From IMG/VR virus record IMGVR_UViG_3300043411_000921, positions 124,001 to 188,000 of that record: a stretch of 64,000 nt of DNA; one strand, 5' to 3'. Below are positions 57,626-64,000 of the stretch, one piece after another. Every line of letters starts with the position of its first letter. Positions within the stretch are counted from its first letter, which is position 1. The notes below the pieces were generated by a model. That model saw nothing but the letters and a program-made list of their open reading frames with translations. It was not told where the DNA came from and ran no database searches. Both the position numbers and the translations under genes were made by a program.

Positions 57626-58054
57626 TCAGTTTTGTGGCTTGAAGAGAGGAATGCCGAAAACTTCATTGATGGTTTCAGCCATCTTCTCAGGATTGTCGTG
57701 GTGTTTCTCGACCAAAGCACGAATTTCTTTGCTTCGCAGAGAGGCAATCTCTTTCAAGGTTGCATCGTGTTGTTCACTGATCTGACGAACAATGTTAGCG
57801 TGCTCCCTTTCAATGTTTTGTCTTCGCTGGATTTCCTGTTCAACTTGTTGCTGAAGGACTTCCAAGTTTTTCTTGTGAGCTTCTCTTGTTTCTTTTTGCT
57901 GTTTGACAAGCGATTCAACAATATCATTGCGTTGTTTGACAAGAAGGATCGTGTAAACAAGAGCAGCACCAAGAAGAATCTCTGTTCCATAAAGTTTGAG
58001 AAATGACCAAACCTTCATGATGAAGGTTTTTGTTTTCAATAGGATTAATTCCAT
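57626..58054 (-). CDS. i-spanin-like protein
   Basis: N-terminal TM plus long coiled coil, upstream of the lipoprotein. Confidence 0.65.
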   Translation of the reverse strand: MELILLKTKTFIMKVWSFLKLYGTEILLGAALVYTILLVKQRNDIVESLVKQQKETREAHKKNLEVLQQQVEQEIQRRQNIEREHANIVRQISEQHDATLKEIASLRSKEIRALVEKHHDNPEKMAETINEVFGIPLFKPQN

Positions 58055-58431
58055 TTTTTACTTTCTTCGCTAAATGGAGTTGGGTTGATGTCAGCATCTG
58101 GATAATCACCATCAGCTTCATCGTCGATCAGACCAGACATCTCTTCCCCGAAAAAGTATTGAAGTTCTTGAATGGAAGTTGAGAGATCGTTCATCTGCCC
58201 AAGGATTTCTTCAAGGAGTTTCTTGTTTGCCATTTGTTGTTTGTTGGTGATAGTCACCATGCGTTCTAGGACTTTCAGTCTATCCAACAACACCTTGTTT
58301 TCAAACTCCCTCATTCTCTCCAGAAGCTCGGCTGCATTGATTGTGGTTGAATCAACAATCAGTTCATCGGCTTGTTCGTCTGGGGAAGGTGGTGGGGGAA
58401 GAATGACTTCGGTTCTTGGTTTTCTTGACAT
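58045..58431 (-). CDS. hypothetical coiled-coil protein
   Basis: AGGAG RBS. Confidence 0.7.
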   Translation of the reverse strand: MSRKPRTEVILPPPPSPDEQADELIVDSTTINAAELLERMREFENKVLLDRLKVLERMVTITNKQQMANKKLLEEILGQMNDLSTSIQELQYFFGEEMSGLIDDEADGDYPDADINPTPFSEESKKWN

Positions 58432-58435
58432 GACA

Positions 58436-58732
58436 CTACTCCTTTGTTCTTGTTTTCAGGGGATCATCAGCTTCCATAGCTGCGTACAACGAAGCTGGAG
58501 TGCTGAACACATACGTTCTCTTCACATTGGCTATCTTATTCTTCTTCGCCTCCTCTATGACTGCTAGAATTTTCGGATCGTTCCTCTCCAACATCTCCAG
58601 CACCTGTGAAAACATTTCCTGAATGTTCAGTCCGTTCTTGTAAAGTAAACGTTTACAAGCAACGAAGCTCTCAATGGGAAGACCCACTTTCACGGATTGA
58701 AACACACGGCTGGAGAAGTTACGAATTTCCAT
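58436..58732 (-). CDS. hypothetical protein
   Basis: Clean ORF within an operon. Confidence 0.65.
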   Translation of the reverse strand: MEIRNFSSRVFQSVKVGLPIESFVACKRLLYKNGLNIQEMFSQVLEMLERNDPKILAVIEEAKKNKIANVKRTYVFSTPASLYAAMEADDPLKTRTKE

Positions 58733-58734
58733 TG

Positions 58735-59505
58735 TTAGCTCGTTGAGGATGATCCTACGCTACCACCACCAGAAGGAACACCGCCACCATTATCTGGACC
58801 AGAGTTGCCAGCCCTTGGAGCAGCAGGATAATCACCTTCAACCTGCTTCTTCGTCTTGGCTGTAAGATCAAAGTCACGCTCCAAAATATTCACCATCTCT
58901 TTAGCAAGTCTTGGCGAGTAGTTCTTTGAAATGTAAAACATTGCTCGATTTAGAATCAAGGATTTTGGATCAATGAGTGTTTGATAGTTGTTCACAAGCC
59001 TAGCAACGCCTTCAGCAAACTTCCTGATGTTGATTTTTGGAACGGGAACAACTTCTGGGGGATTGCTTTCAGTGTCGTCTCCTCCATCGTCACCGCCACC
59101 AAACGGATCATCTCCACCACCCATGTCCATATCACCAGCATCATCGACAGGTGGTTCTGGTGGAGCTTCTTGCTCAAACAAGAACTTTCCCATCGAGAAC
59201 AAACGTTTTCCTTTTTTCCTTTCGGTCAATGGGGGTGTTTGAATGTTGTCTTTGACTTGTGCAGGATCAACAGGAAGTGCCCCATCCGTTTCCGGCATAT
59301 CCAGAGGGACTGACTCTCTTTCAAACTGCATGAGATACTTGTCAATCTTCTGATCAACAGAAGCTTCTGTCTCTGACAAGGAATCAGAAACACTGGGAAG
59401 CTGAAGAATCTGTTCTGGGCTGGAGACATAGGGCTTTCCATCTCCACCACCCTCTTCCTGTTCTCTCAACAAGAACTCGCTGAAACGTTTCTTTCTCATA
59501 ATCAA
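58735..59505 (-). CDS. acidic putative head core protein
   Basis: FLLRE|Q, LTE|R, FLFE|Q; Asp/Gly-rich linkers. Confidence 0.7.
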   Translation of the reverse strand: MIMRKKRFSEFLLREQEEGGGDGKPYVSSPEQILQLPSVSDSLSETEASVDQKIDKYLMQFERESVPLDMPETDGALPVDPAQVKDNIQTPPLTERKKGKRLFSMGKFLFEQEAPPEPPVDDAGDMDMGGGDDPFGGGDDGGDDTESNPPEVVPVPKINIRKFAEGVARLVNNYQTLIDPKSLILNRAMFYISKNYSPRLAKEMVNILERDFDLTAKTKKQVEGDYPAAPRAGNSGPDNGGGVPSGGGSVGSSSTS

Positions 59506-60317
59506 AGGATCCTTCCACCAAGAACTTCAACTGGAGGAGATGATTGTGGCAATCCAACGCTCGTCTCCTTCTCATTTGAAACAACAGCTTGGACAGAGTA
59601 AAGCTGGTGGAGCTTCGCCATCTCAGCAATCAACATTCTCATTTCAACAACATTCCAATTGATTTCTCGCATGGAGCGATTGAGATATTCAAGCTTCTCT
59701 CCTGGGAAATCAAGGAACCAAGCGTGGTGCCATGTGTCAAGAACCAGCACTGGAATTGCCATCAATGGAAGATGAAGGGTATGACCTTCAACAAAAGTGT
59801 TGAAATAACGTTGTTTGAACGGATCGAAGTAACAAACAGCCCAACCTTCTCTGGACGCCATTCCGCAAGCTCTGAAATCCAATTGCCACTGGTCGAAGGT
59901 TCCCCAATCCCTTGAAAGACGCATAAAAGGAATGCTGTCAGCACGAATCTCGGAGTTCAAATCTCCCGTGTTGGTGAACAACAACTCGTGGAACTTCACT
60001 CCGTTCATGTTGTGAGTCTCATCAATCTTCAACCTTCTGAACTCTGAATCGTTTGGGTTATCTGCATCTGTCTTTGGAACAGAATCCAGCTTCGCAGAAA
60101 TTTTGTTGTGACTTGTGACGTAGCTGTTATACAGCTTTTCGTGGTTTTCCTTTGTTGTGGGGGATGAAACATCGCCCTTCAAAATAAATGAACGAGGCAT
60201 CAACACAGCCGCTTCTGAAACAACAGCTTTTGCCGCTTGTGCTACCTTTCCATCCAAAACTGTTCCAACAGCTTCTCGAATGATCTTCTGGAGATCTTTT
60301 GCATTGAGGGTCGTCAT
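59502..60317 (-). CDS. Fe/Mn superoxide dismutase-like protein with head-targeting leader
   Basis: NHEKLY, FHELLF, GWA, PVLVLDTWHHAW, INW; leader DLQKIIRE|A. Confidence 0.85.
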   Translation of the reverse strand: MTTLNAKDLQKIIREAVGTVLDGKVAQAAKAVVSEAAVLMPRSFILKGDVSSPTTKENHEKLYNSYVTSHNKISAKLDSVPKTDADNPNDSEFRRLKIDETHNMNGVKFHELLFTNTGDLNSEIRADSIPFMRLSRDWGTFDQWQLDFRACGMASREGWAVCYFDPFKQRYFNTFVEGHTLHLPLMAIPVLVLDTWHHAWFLDFPGEKLEYLNRSMREINWNVVEMRMLIAEMAKLHQLYSVQAVVSNEKETSVGLPQSSPPVEVLGGRIL

Positions 60318-60323
60318 GTGTTC

Positions 60324-61352
60324 TTACTTCTTCTTCCTTGATCTTACAGTCTCTGTAAATAGACCAGAAAGGGGTGCATGAGCATCATCATCCAATCCAA
60401 GCCTGTCTGCAATGTTCAGCATTCCTCTATCTTCCGCAGCATCCCCAGCCCTTGAAACTCTTGTGTCTCCGAGGGAAGGGAACACCCCCTGATAACTCGG
60501 ACCCGACTCCCCAAGAGGGAACAGGATTTCTCTTATTGATTCCCCTTTGGATCCCTCTTCTGGTAATGTTCCACTAGACAACATCCCTGACAACTTTCTC
60601 ATCGGGTTTTCTCGTGTGTTCTCCAAGAAGACGTAAGCGAGGGCATCACACGTCACGGATCCTTTTGCGAGCACCTCTTGTTGATATTCGTAGGTGTCCT
60701 CCCCGACCTCCAGGTACTTCGCAGCCTCAAACATGTTGAAAAAGAAGCTGTTTTCCTCGGTCTTGCACCTTCCAAGGACAACAAATCCCTTGGGAATATC
60801 ACCTTCCATGCGAACCTGACCAAAAAGCTTGGGCATGGACTCTTCCCTCCTGGACCAACTGGTGATATTATTCCCGGCTCTAGGTGACATAATAGCGCCA
60901 CGAACGACTCCTTCCTTACCAGGAGTCGTCAAGCCTGTTAGACGCCTCAGATAATCCTCCTGGATGCCAAAGAGAACCCTCCAGGCATATCCCTCTCTCA
61001 CCTGAAAGAATTTCTTGTACCAACCCTGCTCCTTCATCTTCCACATCAGGTCAACCATTTTTTCCAGGCCATCCCTGTTGTTCCATGAATAGTAGTTGCC
61101 AAGAGCAGCAATCAACCTCTTTTCTTCGGGAGAATCCTCTTCCTGAATATTTTCCTCGTAAACGTTCTTCCTCATCCACCCAAAAAGATATTCCCCAAAA
61201 GGTGCGTCTTTCGGAGCTTCTGGTGGAGGAGAATCCTTCACAACAGCAACCTTCTTTTTTGGTTTGGGTGGCAGCCAAGGCTTGTCTGGATCAAACTCCC
61301 AATCATCCCATCCGTCACTTTCCCATAAAAACCTTGAAATTCTAGGCGTCAT
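60324..61352 (-). CDS. putative ADP-ribosyltransferase-like protein with head-targeting leader
   Basis: AWR...TSWS...YQQEVL in R-S-E order; leader SRFLWE|S. Confidence 0.55.
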   Translation of the reverse strand: MTPRISRFLWESDGWDDWEFDPDKPWLPPKPKKKVAVVKDSPPPEAPKDAPFGEYLFGWMRKNVYEENIQEEDSPEEKRLIAALGNYYSWNNRDGLEKMVDLMWKMKEQGWYKKFFQVREGYAWRVLFGIQEDYLRRLTGLTTPGKEGVVRGAIMSPRAGNNITSWSRREESMPKLFGQVRMEGDIPKGFVVLGRCKTEENSFFFNMFEAAKYLEVGEDTYEYQQEVLAKGSVTCDALAYVFLENTRENPMRKLSGMLSSGTLPEEGSKGESIREILFPLGESGPSYQGVFPSLGDTRVSRAGDAAEDRGMLNIADRLGLDDDAHAPLSGLFTETVRSRKKK

Positions 61353-61397
61353 CGAAATAACTAGAATCCCTCAAATACCCACGCCACACTCGTTCCC

Positions 61398-62567
61398 ATG
61401 AAGTTGAAATACCAAAATCAGACAGTAGACATCGTTCTAGGAATGGCCTTCGGTGATGAAGGAAAGGGAAAAGTGGTTGACTATCTTGCTGAGAATTATG
61501 ACTATGTTGTTCGGTTCAATGGAGGGAACAACGCTGGGCACAGTTTGAAGGTTGGCAACTTCAAGACTTCCGTTCATGCACTTCCTTCCGGGGTTTTGCA
61601 TCCACACGTTTTCAACGTGATTGGGAACGGCTGTGTTGTGAACCCAAACCAATTGGCAGATGAGATTCAAAAGATTGGGGCTGGGAGTTTGCAAGGGAGA
61701 GTTTTTGTTTCAGATGCTGCTCATGTGATCACACCTCAGAATATTGAGGAAGATTGCAAAGGTGGAAGCAAAGAGAGGATTGGAACAACGGGAAGAGGGA
61801 TTGGTCCGACTTATGCAGCAAAGATGAATAGAACGGGACTGAGAATGGGAGACCTTCTCAAAGGGGAAGGGAGAGAACTCTTTTCCCAAGATGTTCTGGA
61901 TGTTGTTCTTCCTTTGATCACAAACACCACGAAGCTGCTAAGAACAGCTTGTGATTCTGATGCGAGGATTTTGTTGGAAGGAGCACAAGGTTGTGCTTTG
62001 GATATTGACCACGGGACTTATCCATACGTCACCAGCAGCAATTGTTCCGTTGCTGGAGCACTTTCTGGCACTGGGCTTTCTCACAAAAACATTCGACGTG
62101 TGATTGGAGTTACCAAAGCTTATTCAACAAGAGTTGGAGAAGGTCCATTCCTTTCTGAAATTTTTGGGGAAGAAGCAGAAAGACTTCGTGCTGCTGGAAA
62201 TGAGTACGGAACAACCACTGGAAGACCTCGTAGAGTTGGTTGGTTGGATGCCAAACAACTTCGTGAAGCTTGTCAAATGAATGGTGTTGATCAACTCGTT
62301 GTAACCAAACTTGATGTGCTTTCAGGATTGCCTTATGTTGAAATTGATCACGGTGGGCCAAAGGAAACGAAATCGGGGGCACTCGTTTTCAAAATGAAAA
62401 ACCCACAATATTCTAGCTGGGTTTCTATCCCTGAAACCACAACGAAATACTCTGACCTTCCCAAAGAAGCACAGAACTTTGTTGATATCATTGAAAGTGC
62501 AGCATCAGTTCCAGTAACACACGTCTCCATCTCTCCAGATAGATCTGGAACTCTTCCCAGACCATGA
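61398..62567 (+). CDS. purA: adenylosuccinate synthetase
   Basis: GDEGKGK, GGNNAGH, IGTTGRGIGP, EGAQG, YPYVTSS, GTTTGRPRRVGW, TKLD. Confidence 0.97.
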   Translation: MKLKYQNQTVDIVLGMAFGDEGKGKVVDYLAENYDYVVRFNGGNNAGHSLKVGNFKTSVHALPSGVLHPHVFNVIGNGCVVNPNQLADEIQKIGAGSLQGRVFVSDAAHVITPQNIEEDCKGGSKERIGTTGRGIGPTYAAKMNRTGLRMGDLLKGEGRELFSQDVLDVVLPLITNTTKLLRTACDSDARILLEGAQGCALDIDHGTYPYVTSSNCSVAGALSGTGLSHKNIRRVIGVTKAYSTRVGEGPFLSEIFGEEAERLRAAGNEYGTTTGRPRRVGWLDAKQLREACQMNGVDQLVVTKLDVLSGLPYVEIDHGGPKETKSGALVFKMKNPQYSSWVSIPETTTKYSDLPKEAQNFVDIIESAASVPVTHVSISPDRSGTLPRP

Positions 62568-62941
62568 CAACAACTGAAGATTGGTCATTCAAACCAGGAG
62601 ACATTTTCATTATCCCCGCTTCGCATTCATCTGATTGGCAGAATCTATACGACAACATTGGTCGGTACTCTGGCAGCAAATACTTGCAGTTGACCTATCC
62701 TGCTGAGACTCGTCAACAGCCAATCCTTTCCGAAATTGAGATTGATGAACTTTGTTTCTTCTTCAACACCAGAACCCTTGGTCCGAATGGGAAAATCGTC
62801 TTTCTAGGCTTCTCACAGAAAAACCCAGAGACAATGGGTTTGTTCATCAACTCAGAAGGAGCAGTGATTGAAATTGAATTGCTGTTTTTCGAGGAAGATG
62901 TTGTTGGATATCTCCAGAAAATAGAAGTGGAAAGTGATTAA
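62564..62941 (+). CDS. hypothetical protein (FLGF..NSEG family)
   Basis: FKPGDIF; KIVFLGFS..GLFINSEG. Confidence 0.7.
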   Translation: MTTTEDWSFKPGDIFIIPASHSSDWQNLYDNIGRYSGSKYLQLTYPAETRQQPILSEIEIDELCFFFNTRTLGPNGKIVFLGFSQKNPETMGLFINSEGAVIEIELLFFEEDVVGYLQKIEVESD

Positions 62942-63275
62942 GCCCGGAGATGTTTTCGTTGAGATCATCGGCAAACGCATACGAAAGTCGCAAAGAAAAC
63001 TGAGAGTTTCTTGGTCTGTCGAAATGAGAGACGATATGAGGGCATTCTATAACGTCATCGGACCAGTGATTCCCATTAATTTCCTTCACCCAGAAGGTTG
63101 TGAAAACAACAAAGTCGTTTTCTTGGGATTTAGTAAAACCAGACCCAAGACAACTGGCATGTTCATCAACTCTGAAGGTTCAATTGAGGAAATTGACTTA
63201 GAGTTCTTTGTTGAAGAGATCGTTGGCAAATTCATAACAAAGCTGGAAACAGAGGATAATGAAGATGTTGAATGA
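62934..63275 (+). CDS. hypothetical protein (FLGF..NSEG family)
   Basis: IKPGDVF; KVVFLGFS..GMFINSEG. Confidence 0.7.
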   Translation: MIKPGDVFVEIIGKRIRKSQRKLRVSWSVEMRDDMRAFYNVIGPVIPINFLHPEGCENNKVVFLGFSKTRPKTTGMFINSEGSIEEIDLEFFVEEIVGKFITKLETEDNEDVE

Positions 63276-63621
63276 AAGCGAAGAATCGTTTCTTGGTGTT
63301 TTTGAATTGAATCCGCAAAGAAAGTTTGGTTTGGAAATTGGTGCGGCGGTCATGGTTGCGGTCATGGTTGTTGCTGACCAAGATGTTGTTGGAACAAGTC
63401 CAGAAGGATTTCCTCTTGTTTTGAGAAATCTACAAAGCGTTCAAATTCCAAGTCGGCTGATTGATTTTGTTCTTGGTTCTCCGATCACGGCCATCACAAA
63501 ACATCCAACATACTACATTTGCATCAACAAAACTGGCGATACAATCGCCATTGAAAAACATCTTTGGGAAACCACGGTCAAACAGAAGTTGCAACGAGTG
63601 GCAGAAACAACGAGCGTATAG
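63259..63621 (+). CDS. hypothetical protein
   Basis: GAGG RBS, overlapping operon gene. Confidence 0.6.
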   Translation: MKMLNESEESFLGVFELNPQRKFGLEIGAAVMVAVMVVADQDVVGTSPEGFPLVLRNLQSVQIPSRLIDFVLGSPITAITKHPTYYICINKTGDTIAIEKHLWETTVKQKLQRVAETTSV

Positions 63622-63630
63622 AAAGAAAAA

Positions 63631-63966
63631 ATGGAAAACGAATACAATCTCACCCCTGGAAAAGTCTTTTCAGTCGAACCAAACATTTCAAAAAATCTAT
63701 TCAAAGCCTTTCATAAACCGGGAACGATGTCATGTGCCATCATGGCACATGCTCAATTGTCGCCACCTGGATTTGCTGAGAATCTTGTGAAAACTGGGAA
63801 GCTGTTGGGTGGAGCTGATGCGATTACCTTCCTTGGTTTTGTGGATGATTCATTCGAGAAAGGTTTGTTTGAAAATTCTCGTGGAGAAAGGGCAGAAGTT
63901 TTCTTGGGACCAGAGATTGACCCACACCTCGAACTTGTTTTAACGGACAAGGCAGAAACTCCTTGA
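63631..63966 (+). CDS. hypothetical protein (FLGF..NSRG family)
   Basis: LTPGKVF; ITFLGF..GLFENSRG. Confidence 0.7.
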   Translation: MENEYNLTPGKVFSVEPNISKNLFKAFHKPGTMSCAIMAHAQLSPPGFAENLVKTGKLLGGADAITFLGFVDDSFEKGLFENSRGERAEVFLGPEIDPHLELVLTDKAETP

Positions 63967-63991
63967 CCGGATCGTGGGAGTGTGGTAGAGT
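63963..63991 (+). promoter_or_regulatory. early sigma70-like promoter
   Basis: TTGACC-N17-(TGg)TAGAGT, ATG at 63998. Confidence 0.8.
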
Positions 63992-64000
63992 CCACACATG

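Noticed and set aside
61398-62567. PurZ / 2-aminoadenine (Z-genome) pathway
   Set aside because: The catalytic Asp is retained (GDEGKG), as in canonical PurA; PurZ has Ser at this position
1-64000. Stop-codon reassignment
   Set aside because: Conserved genes are intact in the standard code, and TAA, TAG and TGA all end genes; only one internal stop was found
1-64000. CRISPR array, tRNA genes, DGR/retron
   Set aside because: No repeat-spacer array, cloverleaf or reverse transcriptase motif was seen by eye; tRNAscan/Infernal were not run

Overview
A 64-kb segment of a large (jumbo-type) tailed dsDNA phage genome, using the standard genetic code. No tRNA, rRNA or CRISPR array was seen. It contains: (1) a contractile-tail module (LysM/tail-X protein, hub-like protein, tape measure, G/GT-type chaperone with a probable +1/-2 frameshift, repeat-rich tail fibre); (2) replication and nucleotide genes (FEN/5'-3' exonuclease, DnaB, Prim-Pol, NrdJ, TK, ThyA, DHFR fusion, dUTPase, PurA); (3) chaperone and protease genes (Hsp20, DnaJ, ClpP, degenerate GroEL, MoxR-vWA); (4) PIN-PhoH followed by a GIY-YIG homing endonuclease; (5) a diderm-type lysis cassette. 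Two promoter classes can be read from the DNA: sigma70-like early promoters (TTGAC-N17-TGnTAGAGT) and a short late motif (TAnnTA, mostly TA[GCT]TTA). Many of these sit 5-7 nt before a start codon, suggesting leaderless mRNAs. The best candidate for a new system is a dispersed set of about 14 genes, most with the late motif, that share an N-terminal hydrophobic-X-E|small signature. This resembles T4 capsid-targeting and prohead-protease cleavage sites. The signature is fused to unrelated enzymes (R-S-E ADP-ribosyltransferase-like, kinase-like, SOD-like, zeta-like kinase, Gp88-like, DUF192), suggesting a packaged and injected effector set. Other oddities are an 11-gene array of small PG-x-LL paralogues, a three-copy ~95-bp arm-swapped inverted element, promoter-in-hairpin switches ahead of Prim-Pol and the endolysin, a high-GC tail island, and a duplicated phoH 3' end fused to the homing endonuclease. 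All functional calls are from motif recognition only; no searches were run.
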